From the UHGV virus genome UHGV-0213393: a stretch of 64,000 bases of DNA; one strand, given 5' to 3'. Positions within the stretch are counted from its first letter, which is position 1; the number at the start of each line of letters is the position of its first letter. Made by a program: the position numbers and the translations under genes. Below the pieces are notes generated by a model. It was given only the letters and a program-made list of their open reading frames with translations. It was not told the DNA's origin and searched no databases. Below are positions 47,645 to 57,904 of this stretch, piece by piece. This stretch comes from a virus.

Positions 47645-48103
47645 ATGGTTTTGAAAAAGATAATTTTGATAGTAGTTGCGCTTTTAGCCATTTATGGAAT
47701 TTACCGTACTACGGCGGCAGTTATCGATCACATCAGGTATATCCGTTCCCTGGAAGACTCAAAATCACAACTTGAAAGCGAGAACAACACGCTTTCTACC
47801 GCATTGCAGTTAAGTGAAAAATCGCGATCTGCCATGATGGCTGAAAACGAAAGAATTAAAACACTGGAGAAGGAGTACCAGCGCAAAACAGCAGAACTGA
47901 ATACCAGCCTGATCAAACAACGGGAGGAAAGCCAGAATGAAATCAATCGTCTTGAAACTGCGTTACGCAATGCCGGGGTTAATGATGTGCGTGTGCCTGA
48001 TGACGTTATCAGGATGCAGCGGGAACGGGCAAAAGAAATCAATCAGCGTGCCAATGCAAATTACCGTAGAAGCCACCAGCAAACCGCAGGGAAATCTGAT
48101 TGA
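47645..48103 (+). CDS. i-spanin (Rz-like)
   Basis: N-terminal TM helix then long coiled-coil. Confidence 0.55.
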   Translation: MVLKKIILIVVALLAIYGIYRTTAAVIDHIRYIRSLEDSKSQLESENNTLSTALQLSEKSRSAMMAENERIKTLEKEYQRKTAELNTSLIKQREESQNEINRLETALRNAGVNDVRVPDDVIRMQRERAKEINQRANANYRRSHQQTAGKSD

Positions 48104-48317
48104 TTATACCCCTTGCATAGTGCCAGAGGACACGCCTGTGCTGTTAAACAAGTATCCGGCATACACTGAACAGTTATTCAGCACTATCGATGAATGCAAC
48201 CAACGAAACGCACTGAATAACCAAAGGAATAGGGAGATTTGGGAAGGGAAGGGGGTTAAGGCTCCTGAAGCCAGATGTCCTGGCTGTCAGCTTCTTCGAA
48301 ACCGTGACAGACGTTAA
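47937..48317 (+). CDS. o-spanin (Rz1-like lipoprotein), overlapping i-spanin in another frame
   Basis: Positively charged n-region, hydrophobic core, lipobox LSGC; Pro-rich; overlaps 3' part of Rz-like gene. Confidence 0.5.
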   Translation: MKSIVLKLRYAMPGLMMCVCLMTLSGCSGNGQKKSISVPMQITVEATSKPQGNLIDYTPCIVPEDTPVLLNKYPAYTEQLFSTIDECNQRNALNNQRNREIWEGKGVKAPEARCPGCQLLRNRDRR

Positions 48318-48738
48318 AGTCACTCAAGCGATACTGGCGCTGACGGCCTCTATTTCGCTCATGCCAATGCATATATCCACCAGCAAATGCCAGCGGACAA
48401 TCGCTATAGTCGATGTAGCCAATACCATTACCCAAACGCGCTTCGCGCGCCCCGGCTTTCCAGGACAGCAGAAAAGAGTCACGATCTGCCAGCATGACTA
48501 CAAAATCATCCGGATCGCCTATGCAGTGAAGAATGCCTGCCTTGCATAACTGTTTGAGTGCCTTGGACTGACTCAGGATGTCTTCACCGTAATACTGAAA
48601 ACAATCATCAACAATAGCAGGATAGCCAGCGGGTGGATTCAGGCTGGTTGGTATAGCTGACGCGATAGCCAGCATTAAACGATATTGTGTTTTCGATGGG
48701 TTCGCGTGACTCATGTTTCCTCTACTCACTGTCTCCAT
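48256..48738 (-). CDS. hypothetical protein
   Basis: 160-aa ORF. Confidence 0.45.
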   Translation of the reverse strand: METVSRGNMSHANPSKTQYRLMLAIASAIPTSLNPPAGYPAIVDDCFQYYGEDILSQSKALKQLCKAGILHCIGDPDDFVVMLADRDSFLLSWKAGAREARLGNGIGYIDYSDCPLAFAGGYMHWHERNRGRQRQYRLSDFNVCHGFEEADSQDIWLQEP

Positions 48739-49118
48739 GCATTTTTCAGCTCCGGAATATCAGCCATTTCAACCAGCTTCCGAAGCCCCGCGCTGACCTT
48801 CCCATTACCAACCGCAGCAAGCCAATCCCTTACTGACTTCGGCATATAAAGAGTGGTCGTTACAGGATCTTCCACTCTTACAGGCGTGCCAATTTGAGGC
48901 CACTTAACAGATGCCAAAACGTCAGAAGGCGGGGTAAGCGCGGGAACATTAAGAATAGCCTTTCCTGAATGGAGAATCACGATTCGTTCAGCCAGGGAAA
49001 GAATGTCTCTTTCAGTAAGGATTGATGACAGTTGAGCTTCTACAAGGCATCTGCTGCTTGTATTCAGAGAATGGCTTTTAGCACCATTTTTGTATGAAAC
49101 GAAGATCTTGTACGCCAT
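48726..49118 (-). CDS. hypothetical protein
   Basis: 130-aa ORF; promoter region carries operator motifs. Confidence 0.45.
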   Translation of the reverse strand: MAYKIFVSYKNGAKSHSLNTSSRCLVEAQLSSILTERDILSLAERIVILHSGKAILNVPALTPPSDVLASVKWPQIGTPVRVEDPVTTTLYMPKSVRDWLAAVGNGKVSAGLRKLVEMADIPELKNAWRQ

Positions 49119-49200
49119 TTGTTCTAATGTTTTATGTTAGAAAATTAAGATTAAACCATACTAACACAAGATTGTTAACGAAAATTATTTTTCTAATGCT
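49118..49200. promoter_or_regulatory. operator-like motif cluster in divergent promoter
   Basis: ttgttctaatg, tatgttagaaaattaag, ctaaca, attatttttctaatgc. Confidence 0.55.
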
Positions 49201-49277
49201 ATTGACTAAATAACAAAGTGAGTATTGTCACCTCGTCAAAAGAATCTTCACGCCGCGCCCGAATTTAGGGTTTAACC

Positions 49278-50975
49278 GTGAACAAGAACATTGAGCCAGC
49301 TCGTAAGCGCGAGCGCGAGATTATGAATCGGGCGGCAAGCGTCATGGCTATGACCGTCGATCCAACCACTGATGCTGCCGGTAACATGATTACCGACAAC
49401 GAAGTGATGATGGCTAACCTGGAAAAAGCTATCCAGAAAGAGCCTATGTTTGAAGGCGTTGGACCAGAAGCAGCTCGCCAGATCATTGGTAGCTGGGCCA
49501 TGTCTATTCATGAATACAAACGCCAGCATGGGCATTATCCGGCAAGCGATGTATTAGCCAACGCCCATGTAGCACTTGAGCGCCTGATGATGGAGTCCGC
49601 TAAAGAGACGCATGAAGGCGCTGGCAAAGCCATGTTTGAATCAGTAGCCAAGGACATGCGCACCTCCGATGGTGTAATGAAGGTTGCACAATATGCCGCA
49701 CTGATCCTGCCTGCTTCTCTCGGCGCAGCCACCAGCGACGCATGTACGTTTATCCCTTGTGATCGTGATGAAACCAATATTTACGAGCTGACCAACGTTG
49801 CTGGTACAAAATTCGGTACATTCGAGCAGGGCGATGAGCTGAACATGCAATCTGCGGGCGTGTATTCGCAGATGAAACGCCTGTACATCCTGACCGAAAA
49901 AGGCGATGGCAGCAAAACCACCTTCCAGTTTGATATCCAGAACTTCGAAGGCCAGGCCTGCCCGCTGCGCCAGGGCTACAACAAACTGCTGATTAACCGC
50001 AAACCGTCCAAAGTAGATGATGGTGACGGCAACCTGTATTTCAACGACAAAGACGTCAACGGCAACTCTTTCTCTGCTACAGCAAAAGTTAAATACGATA
50101 CCGGCGTTATCGATATCACCTTTACTGAAGCACCAGCAGAAGGCACAGAAATCGCTGTTCAGGTTGAAATCAACATTGAACGCAATCCTAGCCTGATCCC
50201 AGTCATTAACCAGTCCATGCGCAATTACGCCCTGCGCCCGTCGCAGTACGTGATCGCATCCGAACATACGGTTATGACAGCATCTGACCTGAGCCGTGAA
50301 CACGGACTCGAACTGGCAGCATTGCAATTCTCCGCAATGCGCAACTGGATTTCCCACGAAATCGATATGATGCGCCTGCGCACCCTGGTATTCCATACCG
50401 TTTACGGTCGTGAATTTGACGTGGCACTGCCGGAAGCGCAGAACTACGAATCGTGGGTTGGTTTAATTCGCCATGTAGTGAACGCGCTGTCACAGGATAT
50501 GGCTGACCGCACCCTGACTACCGGTATCCGTGGTGGCTTTGCTGGTGGCGATGCTGCTAACTTCCTGCGTTCCTTACCGCCGCAGCACTTCCAGTTGGCA
50601 CCTGGCTATGTACAGTCGCCATACATTCAATACATCGGCACCCTGTTTGGTTCCATTCGTATCTACGAAGTGCCGAAGCCTATCTGCAAACAATTCCAGG
50701 AACATGGCTACGACTTTGGCCTGGACGACATCTACTTCTATGGTCGTGGCGAAGGCATTGGTAAAGCTGGCCTGGTCGCTGGTGATGCTGTGCCTGCTAT
50801 TCCGTACGTCCACGAAACAAATCCAGCCCTGGTAAACCGCACCACTCTTTGGGGTACAGCAATCAACGATGTGCATCCGCGCAACGGTGAGAACTATTTC
50901 ACTCGCCTTCGTCTGACACGTTCGAAAGAAGGTGCGATTGACATGTTGAGCGGGCAAATCAACGAAAAAAAGTAG
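49278..50975 (+). CDS. putative major capsid protein
   Basis: 565-aa ORF, first of a plus-strand structural operon, followed by an Ig-like small protein; size matches my recollection of P1 major head protein. Confidence 0.4.
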   Translation: MNKNIEPARKREREIMNRAASVMAMTVDPTTDAAGNMITDNEVMMANLEKAIQKEPMFEGVGPEAARQIIGSWAMSIHEYKRQHGHYPASDVLANAHVALERLMMESAKETHEGAGKAMFESVAKDMRTSDGVMKVAQYAALILPASLGAATSDACTFIPCDRDETNIYELTNVAGTKFGTFEQGDELNMQSAGVYSQMKRLYILTEKGDGSKTTFQFDIQNFEGQACPLRQGYNKLLINRKPSKVDDGDGNLYFNDKDVNGNSFSATAKVKYDTGVIDITFTEAPAEGTEIAVQVEINIERNPSLIPVINQSMRNYALRPSQYVIASEHTVMTASDLSREHGLELAALQFSAMRNWISHEIDMMRLRTLVFHTVYGREFDVALPEAQNYESWVGLIRHVVNALSQDMADRTLTTGIRGGFAGGDAANFLRSLPPQHFQLAPGYVQSPYIQYIGTLFGSIRIYEVPKPICKQFQEHGYDFGLDDIYFYGRGEGIGKAGLVAGDAVPAIPYVHETNPALVNRTTLWGTAINDVHPRNGENYFTRLRLTRSKEGAIDMLSGQINEKK

Positions 50976-51104
50976 CAGTGGCGAACGTGTCAGTTTCACC
51001 AACATCAATTGAAGTAAACGAAGGTGAAACTATCGCCGCGAGCACTTCAAAGACACGAAAAACACCCAAAAAGAAGTAAGACCAGCCCCTGAATAAGGGG
51101 CTAT

Positions 51105-51395
51105 ATGGAGGAAAAAATGGCTGATATTCAGGTAACTATTACACCTTCCGATGCGACAGATAAATCTTTCACTATCGAGTCAGATCATCCGGAAATTGTG
51201 AGCGTAGATGGCAAAACCTGTACCGCACTTAAAGCAGGTCAGGCAGTGCTCACTATCAAAACCACCGATGGCAATAAAACGGCAACATGCACCGTAACGG
51301 TTAATGAAGCCCCAAAGAGCGTCAGCGCCGTCAGCGTTGAACCGTCAACCAAAGAAGTGACGGTAGGTGACAGCTTCACGGTCGGCGAAGCCTGA
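51105..51395 (+). CDS. Ig-like (Big_2-type) domain protein, possible decoration protein
   Basis: VTITPSDATDKSFTIESDHPEIVSVDG...TALKAGQAVLTIKTTDG typical of bacterial Ig-like group 2 domains. Confidence 0.5.
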   Translation: MEEKMADIQVTITPSDATDKSFTIESDHPEIVSVDGKTCTALKAGQAVLTIKTTDGNKTATCTVTVNEAPKSVSAVSVEPSTKEVTVGDSFTVGEA

Positions 51396-51400
51396 TAAAA

Positions 51401-51422
51401 GTCTCCCCATGCAAATGGGGAG
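51401..51422 (+). terminator. possible terminator hairpin
   Basis: ctcccca-tgcaaa-tggggag. Confidence 0.4.
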
Positions 51423-51460
51423 GCTTCTCTAATCCGCTCGATAAAGAGGAAAAGAGCAGC

Positions 51461-53116
51461 ATGAATAAAATTGGTTTTTCTGTTGGTCAGGCGGCGGGCG
51501 TTGCGGTAGCGGACGTAAATGCCGATGCTACCCTGTCCAACACATCTGGCGGTGCTTCCGTCTTTGCCGGGTTGGTTATTTCCCGCAGAGGAGCACCAGG
51601 CAAGGTTTTGCAGGTTACAGCAGCCAACTATCAGAGCGTGTTAGGTTCACCTCTTCACCCGCGCACCGGGGCCGCATTTGAACCATATCGCCACGTTGAA
51701 CGCGCAGTAAAAGGCGGCACCGGTTATGTGGTTCGCGTATGCGCAAAAGACATGAAAGTACCGGGCATTGCCGTTTCTGTTCAGGCCAGGTCGAAAAGCA
51801 CCAAGTCTGCAAAAACTCTGCAAATTGCTCCGACCGAAGCAACGGTAAATATCGGCGATACACTGACCGTTCGTGCCGTTTCTGGAGTCACTTCTCCGGT
51901 AACTTTCGCTGCAAGCGAAACACCTGAAATTTCCGGCAGTGAACTGGCTATTTTCTACATAAAGGACGGTGATGCTTCGACAAACCGCACGTTATCACTG
52001 ACCCGTGAGGACGAAGAAAATGACCTGTTCACTCTGGAACTGAAAGAGACACAGACCGATGGTTCTGTAGAAACGCTGGAAAGCTACCAGGTTTCTTTCG
52101 ATCCGGATGCAACGAACGATATGGGCCAGCCAGCATGGATTCCTGCGTTGTTAGAAAGTCAGTCCACCAGGCTTGGAGCTGTACTGGCTGATGGTGCCGA
52201 AGACTCCGCTCACTTGCTGACTTTCGAAGATGTAGCGTTTGAAGGCGGTACAGATGGCGATCTGTCCTCAATTGACACTGATGATTATCTGAAAGCGTTA
52301 GAGGTTCTCGAAGCGTCAGAAGTTAATTATACCGCGCTGCTTTCTATGGGCTGCTACGACGCATCCGTGCTGGCAAAAATTAATTCGCTGGCAGAAGACG
52401 TTCGCGTGGATATGTTCTACGACCTGAAATGTGCTCAGACTGGTGATAACGCTATCGCGGAAGCTAAATCACATGGTTTCGGCAAATCCCACCAGGCTGC
52501 ACGTTATCACTTCCCGTACTCATGCCGTGACACTTTCAGCGGTATGAATGTGGTTTACGGAATCAGTTGCGACGCATTTGTGGCAAAAGCTAAAGGCGTT
52601 GCGCTTGTGTCTGATGTAGGCGGCTGGCATTACGCCCCGGCTGGTCTGTCTCGCGCAATCATTGATCGCCAGAACATCACCAGACTCTCCGGGATTGGCA
52701 CAATCGATCGTGAAGCGTATGTGACCGCTCGTATTAACCCTGTAAGCGTTGCAGCGGATGGTTCTGTCTACATCGACGACTCCCTGACGACATACAGCAA
52801 AAATAACTATCTGCGATTCCAGCACGTTTCATCACTGATGAATGCAATTGCCCGCAATTTCTATGAAGTTGCTCAGGCAATCAAGCATGAACCTGATGGC
52901 GTAACGCAGGAAAGTCTGACTAACGCACTGACAGATCTTCTGGACCGTTTTTATGCGGCTGGTGCGCTGGTTACACCACGCGATGAATCTCAAGGTTCTG
53001 CCCCTTATGTGGTCAAGGTAACTCAAAAAGACATCGACTTGTGGGAAGTGGAATGGTCCGTGTGTCCAACAGGCACTGCTCGTCGAATCCTCGGCAAACC
53101 AATCCTGATGCGTTGA
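51461..53116 (+). CDS. putative tail sheath protein
   Basis: 551-aa ORF; C-terminal region pattern resembles contractile-sheath C-terminal domains; capsid versus sheath assignment is tentative. Confidence 0.4.
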   Translation: MNKIGFSVGQAAGVAVADVNADATLSNTSGGASVFAGLVISRRGAPGKVLQVTAANYQSVLGSPLHPRTGAAFEPYRHVERAVKGGTGYVVRVCAKDMKVPGIAVSVQARSKSTKSAKTLQIAPTEATVNIGDTLTVRAVSGVTSPVTFAASETPEISGSELAIFYIKDGDASTNRTLSLTREDEENDLFTLELKETQTDGSVETLESYQVSFDPDATNDMGQPAWIPALLESQSTRLGAVLADGAEDSAHLLTFEDVAFEGGTDGDLSSIDTDDYLKALEVLEASEVNYTALLSMGCYDASVLAKINSLAEDVRVDMFYDLKCAQTGDNAIAEAKSHGFGKSHQAARYHFPYSCRDTFSGMNVVYGISCDAFVAKAKGVALVSDVGGWHYAPAGLSRAIIDRQNITRLSGIGTIDREAYVTARINPVSVAADGSVYIDDSLTTYSKNNYLRFQHVSSLMNAIARNFYEVAQAIKHEPDGVTQESLTNALTDLLDRFYAAGALVTPRDESQGSAPYVVKVTQKDIDLWEVEWSVCPTGTARRILGKPILMR

Positions 53117-53159
53117 TTTATCTTCCCCGCTGAAACGCGGGGATGAATGAGGTTTCCTA

Positions 53160-53900
53160 ATGAAAAACTATTCTGTTGTTGATCCATTCATGCGCGCGCT
53201 ATTTGCAGGCAAAACAGCCGGTAACGCAGATACAGCCATACTGGAAAGCGCCAAAGATTCTGGTTGTTTTGAAAGTGGCGATAACGCCATCCTGGAAAGT
53301 GCCAAGAATGGAACCGATGGCGCGGATATCGAAGCCGCAATGATGGAAGCGGTGGAATCCCGTGCACAAAGTGACATCCGCAGTCTGGCAGCTTCAATGC
53401 TGGCGAGCTGGGTAGAAGATGGCGACCCTGAAGCGGATTCATTTGATGCGCTGGCAATCACAATGGCTGGCCTGGCCGACATTGACGAAGACACGGAACT
53501 GACCGACGAACAGGTTGACGCATATAACGACGCACTCGCGGCGTTGGCTAACGCGGCTGTGGCCCTGGGCGCTGATCAGGACGACGTCACCGAGATGATC
53601 GATGACGAAGATGACGCGGCAGCAGAACGCGTATTTGACGCACTGTCAGAAAGCGATAGTGAAATGATGGAAGAAGCCATTGCGATTTACACCGTTGCTG
53701 GTGGCAATGCCGCAATGCTCGAAGCTGTCAGCAAAAAAGTCGTTCGTGATGGCAAGGTTACTATCATCCGCAAACGCCCGCGTCGCATGACGTCCTTACA
53801 AAAGCAGGCGCTGAAAAAAGCTCGCCGTAAGGCACATACGTCGATAGCTAACACTCGCCGCCGTAAGTCTATCCGCATTCGCAAAAAACGCGGTCTGTAA
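53160..53900 (+). CDS. hypothetical acidic protein with Arg/Lys-rich C-terminus
   Basis: 246-aa ORF. Confidence 0.45.
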   Translation: MKNYSVVDPFMRALFAGKTAGNADTAILESAKDSGCFESGDNAILESAKNGTDGADIEAAMMEAVESRAQSDIRSLAASMLASWVEDGDPEADSFDALAITMAGLADIDEDTELTDEQVDAYNDALAALANAAVALGADQDDVTEMIDDEDDAAAERVFDALSESDSEMMEEAIAIYTVAGGNAAMLEAVSKKVVRDGKVTIIRKRPRRMTSLQKQALKKARRKAHTSIANTRRRKSIRIRKKRGL

Positions 53901-53918
53901 TGATGTAAGCCACCTGTA

Positions 53919-54536
53919 ATGGTGGCCTGTTTGGGAGAAATAGCAGTGATTTGCGGCGCTAACGTTGCGGACGGAATCAGTCCGCTAATGAAAGCATACA
54001 TCATATCAAGCGAGGATATGGTCATCGGATATATCGGAGAAGGTTCCTCTGCCGAATTAACGTCTCTGTGGCAGTCGCCGTTCGAAGATAAGGCAATGGG
54101 CAGTGTGTTAGGCGCTATCAGCGAGGCGACGTCAGCTCTTACTGGCGTGGCACAGGTGATAAGCGGGCGCACAACCAAAAGCCGCCTCAACTCCACCCTT
54201 GTGTGGGAAGGGCAGCAGCCGCCGGAGTTTACCCTGGTGCTGGATTTTTTAGCGATGTCCAACGCAAAAACTGAGGTAAACGACGCCATAACGACGTTGC
54301 TGAAAATGGCATCGCCAGAACTAAACGACGTTGCTCTTTTTGGTCGAATCCCGGAAGCCGTAACGATAAATATCGGCAGAAACGTGATGTTAACGAACGT
54401 TGTGATCAAAAGCGTGAGCTATCAGCTTGACGCCCCACGCACATCGGAAGGCTATTTCACCCACAACACGGTCACTCTGCAATGCAGTGGTAACACATCT
54501 ATTAACCGCAGCAATATCTCATCTGTTTTTGTTTAG
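53919..54536 (+). CDS. hypothetical structural protein
   Basis: 205-aa ORF in structural operon. Confidence 0.45.
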   Translation: MVACLGEIAVICGANVADGISPLMKAYIISSEDMVIGYIGEGSSAELTSLWQSPFEDKAMGSVLGAISEATSALTGVAQVISGRTTKSRLNSTLVWEGQQPPEFTLVLDFLAMSNAKTEVNDAITTLLKMASPELNDVALFGRIPEAVTINIGRNVMLTNVVIKSVSYQLDAPRTSEGYFTHNTVTLQCSGNTSINRSNISSVFV

Positions 54537-54544
54537 GAGTAATT

Positions 54545-55036
54545 ATGGCCGGTTTTTCAAACACAAAAGCCGATCTCGCCTTCCTGAAATCCAGATTCAA
54601 CAAGAACCTGGCAGCAGGCGAAAAATTAATAGGCACTGAATACTGGATGACCATTAAGGGATACGAAAATCTGTCAGTGCTGATCCGCACTGCGCAGTTA
54701 CCGGAAATGACGCGTGAAGACGTAGAAGATTACGCTCCAGGCGGTATGAAGTTCAACCAACACGGCCCGCTGCGTAACTCAGGTGAATTTCAGGTTACCT
54801 GTGCGGAGACGATTGAAGGTGTTGTACTCGCTGCCGTCAAAGAGATGGTTTATGAGAAGAAATATCTGGATATCTCTTTCCAGGCTGCCGCTGAATCTAA
54901 CAGCGGTGACAGCAAAGGTCTGTCACGTACTTACTCACACTGCAAAGTGTATTCCGATGCCGTTGATTTCTCATCAGAAGATGTAACGGCGGTTGTCAGA
55001 CCGACCCTGCGTATTGTGTACAACTGGGTTGAGTAA
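54545..55036 (+). CDS. hypothetical structural protein (possible tail tube)
   Basis: 163-aa ORF following sheath candidate. Confidence 0.4.
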   Translation: MAGFSNTKADLAFLKSRFNKNLAAGEKLIGTEYWMTIKGYENLSVLIRTAQLPEMTREDVEDYAPGGMKFNQHGPLRNSGEFQVTCAETIEGVVLAAVKEMVYEKKYLDISFQAAAESNSGDSKGLSRTYSHCKVYSDAVDFSSEDVTAVVRPTLRIVYNWVE

Positions 55037-55087
55037 TACCGATCCCGCTCAAAAGAGCGGGGTTATCCCCTTCCGTCCGGAGCATCT

Positions 55088-55639
55088 ATGACACCTTCTG
55101 AACTATTAGAAAGCGTTAAAGCGCGATTCAATCCTCTTCTTGTACGGGAAGAGGAGACACTGAAAGCATTCCTGATCAAAGCATTGACTACTTACCAGGA
55201 CAGAGCGGGAGTAGTGAAGGCATTAAAGCTGGAGAAAGCAGACGGTACGGCGATCCCTGTTCCGGATGATTATCTGTCTCTGATCCACGTCACTGACCAC
55301 AACGGACTTCTGGTTTACGCCGACGAGATTGCCGGTTTTGTCGAACTTGAGCTTACCGGTTCTGAACGCTGGCCTTTCAAGATGCAATACCTTGTAAATC
55401 TCCGCGATCGCAACCTGGATGAGTGGCAAGTTCCACCTGCGATTATCGGAATGCTTGAGGAATATCTTGAAGCACTTATCAATGTCCGCAACGTTGCCCG
55501 CCAGCGAAGGGCGTCAATTGATGGCAAGTTTGATTACTCCGATCTTCCTGATGAGGCGACGCTCTACGCGCGTGTTCAGGAGATAGAAGAAAAAATGGCA
55601 GCCAACCGGGCCATTATCCCTGGTGCTACCATTTTTTAA
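55088..55639 (+). CDS. hypothetical structural protein
   Basis: 183-aa ORF. Confidence 0.45.
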   Translation: MTPSELLESVKARFNPLLVREEETLKAFLIKALTTYQDRAGVVKALKLEKADGTAIPVPDDYLSLIHVTDHNGLLVYADEIAGFVELELTGSERWPFKMQYLVNLRDRNLDEWQVPPAIIGMLEEYLEALINVRNVARQRRASIDGKFDYSDLPDEATLYARVQEIEEKMAANRAIIPGATIF

Positions 55640-56360
55640 CACGGAGGGCTACGTGAGTATTTTTAGTGCTGCAACGCAAACGCTAGCCAGTGCGGTATCG
55701 TTTAGCGCGAAATCGTTCACCAGCAACCTTATCAGCGACATTCTGGATAGAGCGGTGTCTGGCAGTGGCGTTAGTGGGAGCTATGGCAATGACATCGCTT
55801 ACGGAAAGAACGTAGTTGCTACGGCTATGCGTATCCGCTATGCCCAGGGCTGGCAGTGGACGGTAGATGTAGACGGATTAAGCGGCTTTGATATGTTCGT
55901 TAAGGACATAACTTACAGTAGCGGGAATATTGAAACAGAAAGCAAAATCATTGGTAGCGTCGAGTTCAATAAGCCAACGCACGTAACCGCCGGACCGGTA
56001 ACAATGACGGTCAGAGACACAGAAGACGGCAAAATAATGAATTGGTTCAAGGAGCGCCGCGCCCGTGTAACCAATAGCGATGGTACGCTAAACCTGCCGC
56101 CAGATTATCTCATGAATATCAGGCTATACCGCGTTACACAGGAAGGCGGGAAAGAGCTGGAAGAGGAAATGCGTGTATTTCCTACTCAGATAGGAGAGAT
56201 CAGCCGCTCACGTGATCAGGTGTCCGAATTCTTGTCCTATCCGATCACGTTCCAGCGATACACATCTGCTGGTTCCGGCCTGTCCGCATTAGTCAATGGA
56301 GCTGCTGGTTTAGCAACAAGCGCACTTAAAAGCGCCGCCAGCAACGTGATCAAGTTTTGA
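55623..56360 (+). CDS. hypothetical structural protein
   Basis: 245-aa ORF. Confidence 0.45.
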   Translation: MLPFFNTEGYVSIFSAATQTLASAVSFSAKSFTSNLISDILDRAVSGSGVSGSYGNDIAYGKNVVATAMRIRYAQGWQWTVDVDGLSGFDMFVKDITYSSGNIETESKIIGSVEFNKPTHVTAGPVTMTVRDTEDGKIMNWFKERRARVTNSDGTLNLPPDYLMNIRLYRVTQEGGKELEEEMRVFPTQIGEISRSRDQVSEFLSYPITFQRYTSAGSGLSALVNGAAGLATSALKSAASNVIKF

Positions 56361-56395
56361 AATGCAATATTAAAGTGCGAGAAGGTGGGGAAGGG

Positions 56396-56693
56396 GCAAA
56401 CTTGAGGGCAATTTCTACACCTGCTGTTTACGTCAATGATGGCATTTTTTACACATCACAACAAAATCAATGAGTTACATTCAAAAAACACTTAACAGGT
56501 GTGCTATAAAAATAGCTATAACATACGATGCTATCTGAGGGTGATTTTTACACATTACTTATTAATCAATAAATTACAAATGATGTTAGCCGTTAAAGCT
56601 CCAACCAACTCACTAATGGTGTAAGAATTGCCCTCAATCTCCCATCTTTAAGGGCAAATCCTACACCTACAGAGAGGTGTAGAAATTGCCCTT
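56396..56693. repeat. repeated GGGCAA(W)TTCTACACCT sites including an 18-bp-arm palindrome
   Basis: gggcaatttctacacct at 56406; agggcaaatcctacacct-acagag-aggtgtagaaattgccct at 56651-56693. Confidence 0.5.
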
Positions 56694-56711
56694 AAGACTG
56701 CTGATGGAGAA

Positions 56712-56942
56712 ATGTTGACTATAGTCGAAATGGCTTACAACTAATGTTGACTGTACTCGATACCGATCACAAAACATTGACTACACACGACAAGAAATGA
56801 GGAAAGATTGACTATAAGCGACAAATACTCAATGAAATAGCTGGTTTATCCATTGATCATGTGAAAAAGTTAATAACTAAATCCGCCAGCATCAATGTTT
56901 GTCGCGTATAGTCAACGCTTGGAATCGCACACAGTCAATGTT
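56712..56942. repeat. iteron array downstream of repA (incA-like)
   Basis: About six 19-bp repeats related to ATCGCACATAGTCAACATT in both orientations. Confidence 0.7.
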
Positions 56943-57825
56943 ATGGATTTCGTTTATGGATCTGGAAACCTATTTTCCGACCATTCTTTATCTCTGAAAA
57001 TTTAAGATATTCAACAGCTTCCAAGTCTTTCATGGCTTTACGAATCACACTGTTCTGAACGCTAACCGATGATTTGAGGTTCAATCTGGCGCGAAGGCGC
57101 TCAATACTCACTGGCGCAGGGTTTGAAGGTAACGCTTCGAAAAACGTATAAAGCACCTTGGCTGTCTCTTTCCTGCCAAGTTTATCGAGCATTTTGAGCT
57201 TCAATATTCGCTTATAGTCAACGTAATACAACTCAGACAACTGCTTCTGCGGTTGGATTCTTATAATGTCATTTTCAGTATCAAGTTCACTAAATGCCAA
57301 TAAATTCATCTGGATATAACGAACATGTTCTTTGCTGGTGGGCAAGTTGAACTTCAGCAACGTCTGCTGAATACGCGTTAGAGAGTCGCCAATGCTCTTG
57401 CGAAAAGCCTTGGACAGCCGCTTCCTTGGATAACCGCAACGATCCACAAATTCAGAGAATGTCAGGGTGATCACACCATCATTATCTGGTTTATAGTCAA
57501 ACAATGCAGATGTAATGCCTATCCACACCTTAAAATCAGTATCCATATCCAGCCGTGGCCCATGAATCTCAATACCCTGATACCCTTCCTGCTCTACAAT
57601 CTTCAGGCTGGACAGTTCTTCTGTCGCATCAGTGGAGTTAGTTAAACCGGCGTTCTTGCGACGTAAAGCAACACTGGTAGATTTCAATGTGGGAACAAAC
57701 ACCCCAAGCCGCAACAAAGCTATCGGCTGAATAGTGCTATTATTGTTAGGCTTTAAGCTGTGGATTTCTCCGGTATTCCCTGATATTTCCTCAACGTTCA
57801 GAAAGCCTTTTTTGTCATCTACCAT
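56941..57825 (-). CDS. repA: RepA iteron-binding replication initiator (P1 RepA family)
   Basis: IQPIALLRLGVFVP and GPRLDMDTDFKVWIGI match P1 RepA as recalled; flanked by iterons on both sides. Confidence 0.9.
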   Translation of the reverse strand: MVDDKKGFLNVEEISGNTGEIHSLKPNNNSTIQPIALLRLGVFVPTLKSTSVALRRKNAGLTNSTDATEELSSLKIVEQEGYQGIEIHGPRLDMDTDFKVWIGITSALFDYKPDNDGVITLTFSEFVDRCGYPRKRLSKAFRKSIGDSLTRIQQTLLKFNLPTSKEHVRYIQMNLLAFSELDTENDIIRIQPQKQLSELYYVDYKRILKLKMLDKLGRKETAKVLYTFFEALPSNPAPVSIERLRARLNLKSSVSVQNSVIRKAMKDLEAVEYLKFSEIKNGRKIGFQIHKRNP

Positions 57826-57874
57826 CCTGTTATTTCCTTGATTGACGGGGCTTTATAGCCAAATGAAAGATACT

Positions 57875-57883
57875 TATCCACAG
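57875..57883. promoter_or_regulatory. DnaA box
   Basis: TTATCCACA adjacent to the upstream iterons. Confidence 0.6.
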
Positions 57884-57904
57884 CCGTCTGAGGGCTGAGA
57901 GAAT

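Noticed and set aside
49641-50396. 251-aa minus-strand ORF inside the putative capsid gene
   Set aside because: Entirely antisense to a long, well-supported plus-strand gene; Cys/His-rich composition typical of spurious antisense frames
53687-54409. 240-aa minus-strand ORF antisense to structural genes
   Set aside because: Spans two plus-strand genes in a tightly coupled operon; no RBS
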